A model generated the notes under the pieces. It worked only from the letters and a program-made list of their open reading frames with translations, was not told where the DNA came from and searched no databases. The translations under genes were made by a program, and so were the position numbers. From the NCBI GenBank assembly GCA_964403725.1, contig CAYOHI010000005.1:3368-67367 (forward strand): a DNA stretch of 64,000 nt, written 5' to 3'. This stretch comes from an uncultured Candidatus Saccharibacteria bacterium (lineage in GTDB: Bacteria; Patescibacteriota; Minisyncoccia; Portnoybacterales; UBA2143). This document shows positions 37,205 to 48,500 of this stretch, piece after piece. Every line of letters begins with the position of its first letter. Position 1 is the stretch's first letter.

Positions 37205-37642
37205 ATGCCAAAGAAAAAACAAACAAAAAAAGAAACGGATATCCAGAAAGTAGTCAATTACTACTTCAAGACCAAAGGCCTGGACATCACTGAATTAAAG
37301 CGTGATATTAAAAAGAAAAAAATTGTCTATTCCCGCTACGTTCGCCCAGCCAAGCAGCTATTGGAACTGGCTGGATCCCTGCGCGAGGCAAAAAAAGCCA
37401 TCACTAAGGTATCCAAATGGGCCAAATCAAGGAATCTGGACTATGCTATTGAAACCGTCTTTAAAAAATGGTTAGAATTAGACAAGCTTAAGCCGAAAGA
37501 AGTCGTCAAGAAGCCGTTTTTCAGAGGAGACCATATGGTCTGGTCTCAAAGCAGAAAGAAATGGTTTGTCATTACTGAGGATGATGAATGGAAGGAATTT
37601 GCCGGCAAGGAAGAGGACATTGAATGGAAGGTGGTGAAATAG
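37205..37642 (+). CDS. hypothetical basic protein
   Basis: ORF 37184-37642; start probably MPKKKQ at 37205; divergent from thpR. Confidence 0.4.
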   Translation: MPKKKQTKKETDIQKVVNYYFKTKGLDITELKRDIKKKKIVYSRYVRPAKQLLELAGSLREAKKAITKVSKWAKSRNLDYAIETVFKKWLELDKLKPKEVVKKPFFRGDHMVWSQSRKKWFVITEDDEWKEFAGKEEDIEWKVVK

Positions 37643-37700
37643 GAAATCCCTGTCGCCTTTTAGACAACAGGGATCTGTTAAACGAAATTTGTGATCGGCT

Positions 37701-37982
37701 TTAGATTTCATACGCGTAAGCCTTTCCGGTTAAAGCGTTGAAAAGCATCCAGCCGATCAAAGCAACTATTGCTGGCAACCAGCCGACCAGCATCATAATA
37801 ATCTGGACTGTAATTACCAGCCGGTACCACGATTTCCTGTCTCTTCGACAGTCCCTGTACCCAGCGATAAAGTAATCTTTCCAGTTTAGCCGTACCACAC
37901 CAATGCCAGCATTAATGTAGATACAAACCAGATAAGCGATTGCCGAGATGATAATAATCCTGATCATAACTCCCCCTTTCAA
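37701..37982 (-). CDS. small membrane protein, hypothetical
   Basis: 93 aa, 3 hydrophobic helices. Confidence 0.35.
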   Translation of the reverse strand: MKGGVMIRIIIISAIAYLVCIYINAGIGVVRLNWKDYFIAGYRDCRRDRKSWYRLVITVQIIMMLVGWLPAIVALIGWMLFNALTGKAYAYEI

Positions 37983-37986
37983 GTTA

Positions 37987-38211
37987 TTAATCCAGCGTTT
38001 CCACCCTTACCCGATTTTTCCTGACTACAGAAAACAAACTCCACAGAATAATCAAGAACCAGAACAGAGTCCAGATAAGAAGCCACTTCCGGGCGTTCCA
38101 GACAGTTTTCCCAGACCGACATTTCAGACGAGAGCCTTCAGATCTCAAACCTAAGTAAAAACCAATCAGGCAAGAGACAATGACAATCACCCATAAATTA
38201 TCCAATATCAT
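37987..38211 (-). CDS. small membrane protein, hypothetical
   Basis: 74 aa, 2 hydrophobic helices; 4 nt after the downstream ORF. Confidence 0.35.
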   Translation of the reverse strand: MILDNLWVIVIVSCLIGFYLGLRSEGSRLKCRSGKTVWNARKWLLIWTLFWFLIILWSLFSVVRKNRVRVETLD

Positions 38212-38229
38212 AATCTCCTCCCAAAAAAT

Positions 38230-38673
38230 ATGTTAAAGATTGAACAAGGTGCTAATAATCAAATATTACGCAAAAAAGCTGACAAAGTCAAAGAGATTAC
38301 ACCTGAAATTAAGAGGCTCGTTTTAGATATGGTCAAGACAATCGAGAATGATTCAAACAGCATTGGCTTGGCTGCTCCCCAAATTGGACATTCATTGCGC
38401 ATTATCATTGTCAGACCATCATTAAATGAAAAGCCTCTGGTTCTAATCAACCCTGAAATTAAAAGGAAATCTTTCTTAAAAGAAACAGTTGAGGAAGGAT
38501 GCTTGAGCCTGCCTGAATTCTCTGTCTTAGTCAAAAGGCATAAAAGCATCACTGTCGAAGCCTTGAATATCGATGGCCAATTGATGAGAATCAAAACCAA
38601 AGGCCTACTAGCCAGGATTATCCAGCATGAAATCGACCATTTAGACGGAATCCTAATTTGCGATTATGAATAA
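38230..38673 (+). CDS. def: peptide deformylase
   Basis: GLAAPQIG, EGCLSLPEF, HEIDHLDG motifs. Confidence 0.92.
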   Translation: MLKIEQGANNQILRKKADKVKEITPEIKRLVLDMVKTIENDSNSIGLAAPQIGHSLRIIIVRPSLNEKPLVLINPEIKRKSFLKETVEEGCLSLPEFSVLVKRHKSITVEALNIDGQLMRIKTKGLLARIIQHEIDHLDGILICDYE

Positions 38674-39550
38674 GCCAAGACAAAAAATCATATTCATCGG
38701 CACATCTTCTTTTGCTCTACCAGCATTGGAAAAACTAATTGAAGACAATTACGTAATTTTAGCCGTGGTTACCGCGCCAGATAAGCCGGCTGGCCGCAAG
38801 CAGGAATTAACCATGTCACCTATCAAAGAGATGTCTTCGAAATATGGCTTAAACATTTTACAGCCAGAAGACATATTAGATATCAGAAAAGAAATCAAAG
38901 AATTGAAAGCAGATTTGATTGTTACTGCCTCTTACGGACAGATATTACCAGAAAATATCCTTAATATCCCCAAGAAAAGATCGATTAATCTGCATCCCTC
39001 CCTATTGCCGAAATACCGCGGACCTTCACCTATCCAAACAACCATCCTCAATGGCGACGAAAAGACTGGCGTCAGCATTATCCAGATGGATGAAAAAATG
39101 GACCATGGACCCATCATTGCCCAGCAAGAATCAGAAATCAATCCTGATGACACCTATCAGAGCTTGGAAATCAGATTAGCTGAACAATCAGCTGACCTAT
39201 TGATCGAAATATTGCCAAGATACTTTAAGAATAAATTAGAGATTAAAGAACAAGACGAAAATCAATCAACCTATACTAAGATCTTAACTAGGGATGATGG
39301 CAAGATTGACTGGCAGAAAAGCGCCATAGAGATTGAAAGGCAGATACGGGGCCTTTATCCCTGGCCGGGCACTTGGACAGAATTAAACGGCCAGAGAATT
39401 AAGATTATCAAAGCCAAGGCAGTTGACCAGGAAAGCGAAACTACGGTCAAGACAAGGAATGGATACCTTTCCTTGGAATCAGTCCAGCCAGCTGGCAAAA
39501 AGTCAATGACTGGGGAAGAATTCCTGAGGGGATATGAATTCAAGGTCTAA
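38666..39550 (+). CDS. fmt: methionyl-tRNA formyltransferase
   Basis: IIFIGTSSFALPALEKL ... formyltransferase N-domain with SLLPKYRGPSPIQ; overlaps def by 8 nt. Confidence 0.9.
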   Translation: MNKPRQKIIFIGTSSFALPALEKLIEDNYVILAVVTAPDKPAGRKQELTMSPIKEMSSKYGLNILQPEDILDIRKEIKELKADLIVTASYGQILPENILNIPKKRSINLHPSLLPKYRGPSPIQTTILNGDEKTGVSIIQMDEKMDHGPIIAQQESEINPDDTYQSLEIRLAEQSADLLIEILPRYFKNKLEIKEQDENQSTYTKILTRDDGKIDWQKSAIEIERQIRGLYPWPGTWTELNGQRIKIIKAKAVDQESETTVKTRNGYLSLESVQPAGKKSMTGEEFLRGYEFKV

Positions 39551-39587
39551 TCTTGACCTATCTGCTTTTCTTTGATAGTCTAAGGAC

Positions 39588-40094
39588 ATGAATGAAGATA
39601 ATAAAAAATATCAAATAGTGATGGTCTTCCCCCCTATCCTTGAACCGAAAGAATTAGAACAGGAAATTAACAAGGTCAAGCAAATCATTGCCAGTTATCA
39701 AGGAACGTTTTCTGAAGAAAAGAATTCAGAACCACAGCTAAAAAAGCTATCTTATCCGATTAATAAATACGAAGAAGCCTTCTATTTAACCCTTAATTTC
39801 TCACTGCCTCCTCAGGAAATGGAAGAAGTTAACAAGCAGTTGAATCTGGAGGATAATCTCATTCGTTTCGTCATTACTGCATATGACGAAACAAAAGATA
39901 AGCCTGAACAGACTGTGGATTACAGCAAGATGGTTGAAAAGATAGAACCATTGGCTACTCCAAGAAAACCTAAACCAGAACCAGTCTTAAAAGCAAAAGA
40001 AGAGGCTCCTGAAAAGAAGAAGTCATCTGAAAAATCATCTAAAGCTGAAATAGAAGACTTAGATAAAAAATTAGAGGAAATATTAAACGATTAA
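39588..40094 (+). CDS. rpsF: 30S ribosomal protein S6 with Lys/Glu-rich C-terminal extension
   Basis: YQIVMVFPPILEPKELEQEINKVKQII...; sits in the rpsF-ssb-rpsR arrangement. Confidence 0.8.
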   Translation: MNEDNKKYQIVMVFPPILEPKELEQEINKVKQIIASYQGTFSEEKNSEPQLKKLSYPINKYEEAFYLTLNFSLPPQEMEEVNKQLNLEDNLIRFVITAYDETKDKPEQTVDYSKMVEKIEPLATPRKPKPEPVLKAKEEAPEKKKSSEKSSKAEIEDLDKKLEEILND

Positions 40095-40098
40095 ATAT

Positions 40099-40602
40099 AT
40101 GAATTTTAATAAAGCTATTATCGTCGGAAACTTAACCAGAGACCCAGAAGTAAGGACCACAACCAATGGTCAGCCAATCGCCTCTTTTAGCATCGCTACT
40201 AATCGCGTTTGGACAGGCCAGGACGGAAATAAGCAAGAAGCTACTGAATTCCATAATATCGTTGCCTTTGGTAAATTAGCCGATATTTGTTCAAAATATT
40301 TAAATAAAGGGAGATTAGTGTTGATTGAAGGAAGAATCCAGACAAGGTCCTGGCAGGACCAGAGCGGAAACAAGAAGTATTGGACTGAAATCATTGCTGA
40401 AAACATGCAAATGGGTCCGAGAAATGATGGTAGCGGAGGCGGAGCTCCAAGCCCAAATCCAGCGCCTAGCCAGCCACAGTCGAATAAGCAGCCGAATACT
40501 CCATCTCCTGATGAAATTCCAGTAATTGACGCTGATGAGCCTGAGGCTCCAGCTGAAGACAAGAAAGAAGATGGCGTTGATGTTAAAAACATACCTTTTT
40601 AA
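40099..40602 (+). CDS. ssb: single-stranded DNA-binding protein
   Basis: MNFNKAIIVGNLTRDPEVRTTTNGQPIASFSIATNR ... acidic tail ending DVKNIPF. Confidence 0.92.
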   Translation: MNFNKAIIVGNLTRDPEVRTTTNGQPIASFSIATNRVWTGQDGNKQEATEFHNIVAFGKLADICSKYLNKGRLVLIEGRIQTRSWQDQSGNKKYWTEIIAENMQMGPRNDGSGGGAPSPNPAPSQPQSNKQPNTPSPDEIPVIDADEPEAPAEDKKEDGVDVKNIPF

Positions 40603-40605
40603 ATT

Positions 40606-40806
40606 ATGAAAGCTTGTCATTTTTGCCAACAAAAGAATATTGATATTGATTACAAAGATACCGAACTTTTGCGTCGGTTCATTTCTGGTCAAGCCAAGAT
40701 CATATCTCCTCGACGTACCGGTACTTGTGCCCGGCATCAGAGAAGATTGGCTAACGCCATAAAAAAAGCCCGGATTGCCGGACTTCTTCCATTTACCAGA
40801 AAGTAA
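40606..40806 (+). CDS. rpsR: 30S ribosomal protein S18
   Basis: [60 protein letters not shown]. Confidence 0.92.
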   Translation: MKACHFCQQKNIDIDYKDTELLRRFISGQAKIISPRRTGTCARHQRRLANAIKKARIAGLLPFTRK

Positions 40807-40829
40807 TTTGGTAGAAAATTTCTTATCTC

Positions 40830-41855
40830 TTAAGCCTGCTCCCGAGCGGCTTTTTTGATTTCCTTAATAATCTCTTTGGCAGTTTTTGGATTTTCTTTCA
40901 AGTATGTCTTAGCACCTTCAATTCCTTGGCCTAATTTTTCACTCCCGTAATTAAACCAGGCCCCTGCTCTGTTGACTACCCCTAATTTGACTCCGGTATT
41001 TACAACATCTGCAAAGCGAGAAATGCCCTCATTGTAAAAGATATCAAATTCAGTCTGCTGGAAAGGCGGCGCTACTTTGTTTTTAACTACTTTAGCTCTG
41101 ACTCTGTTTCCAATAATCCTGTCGCCTTGCTTGATTTGAGCACTGCGTCTCAATTCCAATCTGACTGAAGAATAGAATTTTAAGGCTTTACCACCTGGGG
41201 TATCTTCAGGATTACCATAGACTACTCCAATTTTCATTCTAATCTGGTTAATGAAAATTACAGTAGTACCGCTTTTAGCTACTAAAGAAGTAAGTTTGCG
41301 ACATGCTTGGCTCATAAGACGAGCCTGAAGTCCCATATGTGATTGTCCCATTTCACCTTCAATTTCAACTCTTGGAGTTAGAGCTGCCACTGAATCAATA
41401 ACCACTACATCAACTACATCAGCCTTAACCAAGCTTTCTAATATCTCCAAAGCCTGTTCACCAGTATCTGGCTGGGAAATCAATAGATCATTGACTTTAA
41501 CGCCAATTTTTTTAGCGTATTCTGGATCTAGAGCATGTTCAGCATCGATAAAGGCGGCTAGACCTCCTTTTCTCTGAGCTTCAGCTACAATATGCAAGGC
41601 TAAAGTGGTCTTACCGCCTGATTCAGGACCATATATTTCAACTATTCTTCCTTTAGGCATACCACCTACTCCTAAAGCCATATCTAGGGATATGGATCCA
41701 GTAGGAATAGCGTCAACATCAACATGTTTAGCCTCGCCTAATTTCATTATTGAACCATCACCGAAGCGTCCTTTAATATCATCAACGGTTGCTTCTAATA
41801 TTTTTTCTCTTTCTTCTTTTGTAGATTTGCCCTCCGCCTTTTTTTGTTTTGTCAT
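40830..41855 (-). CDS. recA: recombinase RecA
   Basis: [24 protein letters not shown]2 loop, etc. Confidence 0.97.
   Translation of the reverse strand: MTKQKKAEGKSTKEEREKILEATVDDIKGRFGDGSIMKLGEAKHVDVDAIPTGSISLDMALGVGGMPKGRIVEIYGPESGGKTTLALHIVAEAQRKGGLAAFIDAEHALDPEYAKKIGVKVNDLLISQPDTGEQALEILESLVKADVVDVVVIDSVAALTPRVEIEGEMGQSHMGLQARLMSQACRKLTSLVAKSGTTVIFINQIRMKIGVVYGNPEDTPGGKALKFYSSVRLELRRSAQIKQGDRIIGNRVRAKVVKNKVAPPFQQTEFDIFYNEGISRFADVVNTGVKLGVVNRAGAWFNYGSEKLGQGIEGAKTYLKENPKTAKEIIKEIKKAAREQA
40834..40862 (+). terminator. intrinsic terminator of rpsF-ssb-rpsR, overlapping the last codons of convergent recA
   Basis: gcctgctc-ccga-gcggc hairpin followed by a TTTTTT run. Confidence 0.55.
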
Positions 41856-41897
41856 ATCTTGTATTTTATTCTAATTACATTTCTTTGTCAAAATAAA

Positions 41898-42956
41898 TTA
41901 GAGAAAATAATTATTCAATGAAAATTCAAACTGTTCTGTGAATAATTTCTTAAAGAATCTAACATTATTTTGCTCGTAAAACAAAAGTGCAGCTTTTTTG
42001 TATTCATTCTCATCAACACTTCTGTAAGATAAAGGACAATAATTATTAGCTAATAGGATAGCGTTACCAAGCAATCTAGCTGTCCGTTTATTCCCATCTT
42101 CAAAAGGCTGGATATATGATATCAGCAAAATGGACACAAGAGATTTAACTAAAGGATGAACCTCTTTTTTATTGATAAATAAAATCATTTTTTCTAATGC
42201 CTCTTTTATCTGAAACTCATTATCAAGCGGCTTGTATTTAGTTCCTGTAATACCCACTAATCGTTTTCTAATTCCTTTCTTAATATTCATGTCTTCTACA
42301 ATCAAGCTATGGATATTTTCTATTTTACCTAAAGTTAATTTTTTGAAATCACTTTTTTTATTCAGAATATATTCTAAGGCTTCTTTATGGTTCAAAATCA
42401 TTTGAGCTTCTTCTTTAGTATGTCCTTCTGCTTCTTTATTCTCCTTGATTAAAATTTCTGTATCAATCAAGGAATATGTATTACCTTCAATTTGGGATGA
42501 TTTCCAACTTAATTCAATAGTCAATCTTTCAAATTCTTTTTTAAGTATGGTCGAAGAAAGGCTTTTTATTCTTTCTTGGTAGTTGTTATTAAGTTTATCT
42601 AATCTATTTAATTCTGTCTCTGAAAAAAGATTGTTATCTAAATTTTCAAAAATTTCAAAATTAAAACCTTCATTTACGAGATTCCTTTGGTCAACTGGAA
42701 CACTAAAATATTCATCAATATTAAAAAAACGAAGTAATTCATTTTTAATATTCTCTTTGTACTTAATATTTCTACCCTTACCTGTTTTTTTAACTAAATC
42801 ATGAGACATTAGAATCTCTAAATCTCGAATAATGGTCGTTCTATCTAAAAGACCAACTTCTTTTTCAAGATATTCTCTAATCTCCTTATTACTGGCCTCG
42901 CCTTTAGCTCTAATGAAATTCAATATTAAATTTTGCCTATTGGAAATTTTTGTCAT
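41898..42956 (-). CDS. Fic-family protein with N-terminal DeoR-like wHTH and non-canonical Fic motif (QPFEDGNKR, catalytic His replaced by Gln)
   Basis: N-terminal LNFIRAKGEASNKEIREYLEKEVGLLDRTTIIRDLEILMSHDLV (wHTH); C-terminal LISYIQPFEDGNKRTARLLGNAILL aligns to the Fic core HPFx(D/E)GNGRxxR with Q at the His position. Confidence 0.75.
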   Translation of the reverse strand: MTKISNRQNLILNFIRAKGEASNKEIREYLEKEVGLLDRTTIIRDLEILMSHDLVKKTGKGRNIKYKENIKNELLRFFNIDEYFSVPVDQRNLVNEGFNFEIFENLDNNLFSETELNRLDKLNNNYQERIKSLSSTILKKEFERLTIELSWKSSQIEGNTYSLIDTEILIKENKEAEGHTKEEAQMILNHKEALEYILNKKSDFKKLTLGKIENIHSLIVEDMNIKKGIRKRLVGITGTKYKPLDNEFQIKEALEKMILFINKKEVHPLVKSLVSILLISYIQPFEDGNKRTARLLGNAILLANNYCPLSYRSVDENEYKKAALLFYEQNNVRFFKKLFTEQFEFSLNNYFL

Positions 42957-42991
42957 TTTTTATTAATTTTTAATTATTGCATTTATTTTCC

Positions 42992-43030
42992 TTAATTGTA
43001 GCATTTTGCAACAATTAATGCAACAATTAA
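42992..43030. repeat. three copies of the 8-bp core TTAATTGT/ACAATTAA (TTAATTGTAGCA ttt TGCAACAATTAA TGCAACAATTAA) in the Fic promoter region; putative operator
   Basis: Directly visible; overlaps a TTGCAT-17-TACAAT promoter on the minus strand; the same core is repeated upstream of the paralog at 58679-58740. Confidence 0.5.
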
Positions 43031-43180
43031 TTTTATTCTACTTCTTTAATAATTTCTTCTATTGAATCTGTTGTGATTTCTGATTCTAGTTCAATATCTT
43101 CCTCTATTATCTCTTCAACTACTTCTTCTGGATCCTCTATTCTTTGATCCTTTTTTATTTAAACCTAATCAATATATTAA

Positions 43181-43208
43181 AAATAAAAAAACTGTAGAAA
43201 ACTACAGA
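43181..43208 (-). terminator. intrinsic terminator of ftsK
   Basis: ctgtag-aaaa-ctacag hairpin with a T-run on the minus strand. Confidence 0.6.
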
Positions 43209-43254
43209 TTAAAACCTTAAAAAGATTAATAAACTTTAATAAAGCACAATATAA

Positions 43255-45483
43255 TTACCGCTCTTCTACGCCCATTTCAGCTCCCTCATCAACAAATACC
43301 TCTCTTGGCTTGGCCCCATCAGCAGGTCCAACTATGCCTTGTTCCTCTAAGATATCCAATAACCTAGCTGCTCTGGCATAACCCACGCGCAAACGACGCT
43401 GTAATAAGGAAGCAGAAGCCTTGCCAGCCTGAACCACAACATTCTTAGCCTCACCTAATAATTCATCCTCTGTATCGCCTCCTGCCGCATTATCGCCAAA
43501 ATTTAGCCCTGGAGCAGGCTGTCCTTGGGTAACTTGGGAAGCTGTGGTTACTTCTTCCATATATTCAGGTTCAGCTGCACCTTTTAGATAATTAGTTACT
43601 TTGCCAACTTCGCGCTCTGAAACATAGGCTCCCTGGACACGACGCGGCCTGGCTGAATTCCCTGCTAGGAAAAGCATATCTCCATTGCCTAATAGTTTTT
43701 CTGCTCCAGCCATATCCAAAATTGTCCTGGAATCAATCTGGGAAGCTACCTGAAAGGCCATACGTGAGGTAATGTTTGCTTTAATCAGCCCAGTAATGAC
43801 TTCAACTGACGGACGCTGGGTTGAAACAATCAAATGAATACCAATAGCCCTGGCCATCTGGGCTAATCTAACAATTGAAGCTTCCACTTCTCGGCCATAG
43901 GTAGACATCAAGTCAGCTAATTCATCGATAACTACAACAATATATGGCAGGGCTTCATCTTCAAAATCCTTATTCTTCTTCGCATTGCGAGCCACCCAGC
44001 TGTTATAACCACCAATATCTCTCTTCCCTGCTGCTTGGAGAACGCTAAAGCGCCTTTCCATTTCGCTAACTGCCCAGCGCAATGCTCCAACAGCTTTGTC
44101 TGGCTGGACAATAACTGGTGAGATCAAATGAGGAATTGACTCATAGGCCGAAAGCTCTACTCTCTTAGGATCAATCATAATCATCTTCATATCCTCTGGG
44201 AAATTCCTGTATAGAAGACTGGTAATGACATTGTTCAGAGCCACTGTCTTACCAGTACCAGTTGCTCCAGCTACTAATAAGTGAGGCATTTTAGATAGTT
44301 CTGCAAAGATAGGATTGCCTGCCACATCTCTTCCCAAAGCAAAAGTCAATCTTCCAGCTGATTCCTGGAAAGCTGGCCTTTCCAGCAATGAACGCAGCCT
44401 GACAGTAACAATAGACTTGTTGGGAATCTCAATTCCTACTAAAGATTTGCCTGGAATAGGCGCTTCAATCCTTAAAGGATGAGCTGCTAGAGCCAAAGAT
44501 AAGTCGTTTTGCAAACCTGTTATTTTAGTTAATTTAATACCTTGGGCCGGGCGCAATGTATATTGCGTTACTGTTGGACCAACATTAACTTCAGCCATTT
44601 CTACATTAATGCCAAAATTCTCTAAAGTTCCTTTAATGATATTGATATTAGCCTTAATATCTCCAGATGTAGGATGACCCTTATCTTTTTCTAAATAATC
44701 GAGTGTTGGAAGCTTGTAATTGCTTTTTTGCTTAGCCAGTACCGTAGCCTTAACCCTCTCAGCAGCAGCTTTGGTTAAGGGCGCTGCTCCAATAACCTCC
44801 TTTGTTTCATCCTGCTTTTTACTAACTACTTTATTTTCTTCTTTCTTTTTAATCTTAATGCCTTCCTTAGCTTTATCCTTAATCTTTGACCAAAGACCTG
44901 GCTTTTTCTCTACTGGCTTGGCTTCTGGTAAAGGAACTACTGGTTTTATCTCTTCCTCTTCTTTCTTGCTTGGCAGCAAGGAAACGTTAAAGGTAATCAA
45001 AAACGAGATTATTAAAAGACCTATTAGAACAACTAGGCTAGCCCAAAAGCCAAAAAAGTTTTCTAAAGGATACCCTAGAGCCATACCCAAATATCCGCCA
45101 CCCATGCCATTAGAAGCAACTACATGGAAGAAACCCAAGACACTCAATACAAAAAGCAAAATGCCAATGAAAATAGTGGAATACATTGGCTTTCTCTTTT
45201 TTTGCAAATTAAGGCGAGGCATTAGGATAGCCAAACCGATTAGAATGAAAGTAACAGCTACAAGAAAGAATCCTTTGCCAAAAAGTGATTTACTAGCCTT
45301 TAGGAAGTATTGCCCAAAGGATCCAGCAACACCAAAAAAACTCAAGACACTGATCATTGCCAGAGTAAAAGAAATTACCACTAGAATCCCCTTTTTAGTA
45401 TCAGAATGGAGAGTTGGCTTTTTCTTTGCGCTTTTCAAACTCTTCTTTTTTCCAGAACTTTTCTTTTTAGGCATAATATACAA
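43255..45483 (-). CDS. ftsK: DNA translocase FtsK/SpoIIIE
   Basis: N-terminal 4 TM helices, linker, motor domain with HLLVAGATGTGKTV, IVVVIDELADL, and a C-terminal gamma domain wHTH. Confidence 0.9.
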   Translation of the reverse strand: MYIMPKKKSSGKKKSLKSAKKKPTLHSDTKKGILVVISFTLAMISVLSFFGVAGSFGQYFLKASKSLFGKGFFLVAVTFILIGLAILMPRLNLQKKRKPMYSTIFIGILLFVLSVLGFFHVVASNGMGGGYLGMALGYPLENFFGFWASLVVLIGLLIISFLITFNVSLLPSKKEEEEIKPVVPLPEAKPVEKKPGLWSKIKDKAKEGIKIKKKEENKVVSKKQDETKEVIGAAPLTKAAAERVKATVLAKQKSNYKLPTLDYLEKDKGHPTSGDIKANINIIKGTLENFGINVEMAEVNVGPTVTQYTLRPAQGIKLTKITGLQNDLSLALAAHPLRIEAPIPGKSLVGIEIPNKSIVTVRLRSLLERPAFQESAGRLTFALGRDVAGNPIFAELSKMPHLLVAGATGTGKTVALNNVITSLLYRNFPEDMKMIMIDPKRVELSAYESIPHLISPVIVQPDKAVGALRWAVSEMERRFSVLQAAGKRDIGGYNSWVARNAKKNKDFEDEALPYIVVVIDELADLMSTYGREVEASIVRLAQMARAIGIHLIVSTQRPSVEVITGLIKANITSRMAFQVASQIDSRTILDMAGAEKLLGNGDMLFLAGNSARPRRVQGAYVSEREVGKVTNYLKGAAEPEYMEEVTTASQVTQGQPAPGLNFGDNAAGGDTEDELLGEAKNVVVQAGKASASLLQRRLRVGYARAARLLDILEEQGIVGPADGAKPREVFVDEGAEMGVEER

Positions 45484-45516
45484 GCAGGAGCAGCCAATAT
45501 TTGAATATATTGACCC

Positions 45517-48500
45517 CTATTTCTTGTATCCTGTTCCTGCTGGTATTAGTTTACCAATAATTACGTTTTCTTTCAATCCCTTTAATTCATCTTTTTTACC
45601 AGCAATAGCTGCATCAATAAGTACGCGAGTTGTTTCAATGAAGGAAGCAGCTGACAAGAAGCTTTCTGTGGTTAAAGAAACCTTAGTTACACCCAGAAGT
45701 AAAGTCTCAGCTGTAGCCGTCTGGCCACTCTTCTTGGTTATCTTCTTATTTTCTTTTTGGAAACGACTCCATTCAACCATTTCGCCTGATAACAGCTTAG
45801 TGTTGCCAGGATTAATAATCTTCAGCCTTGAGAACATCTGGCGGATAATCATTTCGATATGCTTATCGTTAATGTTTTCACCAGCGAAGGTATAGATCTT
45901 CTGAACTTCTCTAATGATATACCTATGGACAGTCTCTCTGTCAGACATCTTATATAATTCCCTAAGATCAATATGACCTTCGTTTAGTTGCTGTCCCTTG
46001 GCTATCAGATCGCCTTTCTCTACCCGCAAGACAACATTGGTCGGGAAGCTATATTCAACAATCTTATCTTTTTTCTTAGAAGTCTTGCCTTTCTTTTTAG
46101 CTTCATCAGATAATTTAATTTGAATAACCTTATTACCATTACGTTCGATAATATTAGCGACTTGCCCATCAATTTCTGAAATAGTGGCTTTGCCTTTAGG
46201 TGGTCGACATTCAAAAATTTCCTCTACTCTAGGCAAACCCTGGGTAATATCACCACCACCGGCTACTCCACCAGTATGGAAAGTTCGAAGAGTCAGCTGA
46301 GTTCCCGGTTCACCGATAGCTTGAGCAGTAACGATACCGATAGCCTCACCCATCTTGATCAGTTCATTTCTTCCTAAATCATAGCCATAACATTTCTGAC
46401 AGATACCACTAGTTGATTGACAGCTAATAGTTGAGCGAACATTTAATTTCTCTATGCCAGTCTCATCGATCTTTTGAGCTATATCCTTATCAATCATCTG
46501 ACCAGACTTGATAAGAACCTCGTCTTTTCCTTTTTCGTTCTTAGCCGTAACCTTTTCCAAGGAAATACGTCCAGTAATTCTTAAGGCTAAGGTATTGCCC
46601 ATATCTTCTTCATCCTGCCTATAGATATATATTCCCTTTCTATCGCCACAATCAGTTTCCCTAATAACTACGTCTTGACAGACATCGACCAGACGCCTGG
46701 TCAAATATCCGGCTGTAGCAGTTTTTAGAGCTGTATCGGCCATACCTTTACGTCCACCGTGAGTTGAAATGAAGTATTCTAGAACGCTTAAGCCTTCCTT
46801 ATATGAATTCCTAATTGGCAGCTCAATAATTTCACCGGAAGGATTGACAACTAATCCTTTCATCCCGCTCATCTGCCTTAGCTGTTCAAGTGATCCCCTG
46901 GCTTTTGAATCAAAGATATTAAAGACAGAGCCTTTAGGATCTAGAGTATCTGGAGTTTTCTTGGCAATCCGGTCAGTAATATTATTCCAAGCCTCGATAA
47001 CCCTGGATTTTCTCTCAGCATCAGTTAGAAGACCGTTGTCATACTGATTCTGAACCTGGTCCAGATCCCTATGGATTTCCTTCAGCCATTGCTTCTTCTC
47101 TTCTGGTACTTGGATATCATCCATACCCCAGCTGATTCCTGAAGTAGTGGCGTACTTGAATCCCATTCTTTTTACCTTATCTAAAATGACAGCTGCTTCC
47201 TTAATGCCGAATTTGTCAATAATGCTGGCTATCAGCTTGCGCAAGTCTTTGGACTTCATGGTCTTGTTAATATATTCCATGTCTTCAGGCATTGAATAGT
47301 TGAAATATATTCTGCCGACTGAAGTTTCAACCAGATTATCTTCCCCTTCCTCAACAGCATCCGGCATTCGCACTTTAATCCTAGCTTTCAAATGAATATG
47401 ACCAAAGGTCTTGGCTAGTAAAGCTTCTGAACGATTGGCAAATATCTTGCCTTCGCCTTTCAGGCCATCTTCAATCTTGGTCATCCAGTAACAGCCCAAA
47501 ACCATATCTTGGGTTGGAATAGCGACCGGTTCGCCAGTAGCCGGCTTGAGCAAGTTATTAGCTGACAGCATCACGTTATTAGCTTCCAATTGCGCCTCTT
47601 CTGATAAGGGCAAGTGAACAGCCATCTGGTCGCCATCAAAGTCAGCATTAAAAGCGCGACAAACCAGAGGATGAAGCCTAATAGCTTTTCCTTCAATCAA
47701 AACCGGCTGGAAAGCCTGGATTCCTAATCTATGCAAAGTCGGCGCTCTGTTCAAGAAGACGCATCTTCCCTTAGTTACTTCTTCCAAGATTGCCCAAACT
47801 TCATCAATTTCTTCTTCAATCAAGCGCCCTGCTCCCCTGACATTATGGGCTAGGCCTCCCTCAACAAGCTTGTTGATGACAAAAGGCTTGAACAGCTCTA
47901 AAGCCATATATTTAGGCAAGCCGCATTGGTGAACTTTCAAATCTGGGCCAACGACAATAACGGAACGGCCTGAGTAGTCAACACGCTTACCTAGTAAGTT
48001 TTGCCTAAAGCGTCCTTGTTTTCCCTTAAGCATGTCAGCTAGAGATTTAAGCACTCTTTTCTGGCCGGTTGAAGCAGCAACCATGACCTGTCCTCTTCTG
48101 GAACTGTTATCGATCAAGGCATCAACTGCTTCTTGAAGCATTCTTTTTTCATTTCTGCAAATGACTTCAGGAGCATTCAGTTCAATCAGTCTCTTCAACC
48201 TGTTATTTCGGTTAATCACTCTTCGGTATAGGTCATTGACATCTGAAGTAGCGTAACGCCCGCCATCCAATTGGACCATTGGTCTCAAGTCAGGCGGCAG
48301 AACAGGAAGAACAGTCAAGAACATCCATTCTGGTCGGAGCTTAGCTCTAATCATGCCTTCAACCAATCTTAATCTTTTTAAAATTTTAAGCTTGACGCCT
48401 GGATTAGCTTTCTTACTCAAATCGCTTAATTCTTTAGCCAGCGACTCCAGGTTAATGCTTTCAAAAATATTTCTTAAAGTTTCAGCACCAGTTCCTGCTT

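Noticed and set aside
44720-45895. 391-aa plus-strand ORF, and many other 60-200 aa ORFs (e.g. 11636-12208, 17793-18395, 29236-29757, 30082-30612, 49878-50330), antisense to large genes
   Set aside because: They lie entirely inside well-supported minus-strand genes (ftsK/rpoC, clpC-like, lysS, rpoB). Their low-complexity S/L/F-rich composition is typical of shadow ORFs in AT-rich coding DNA.
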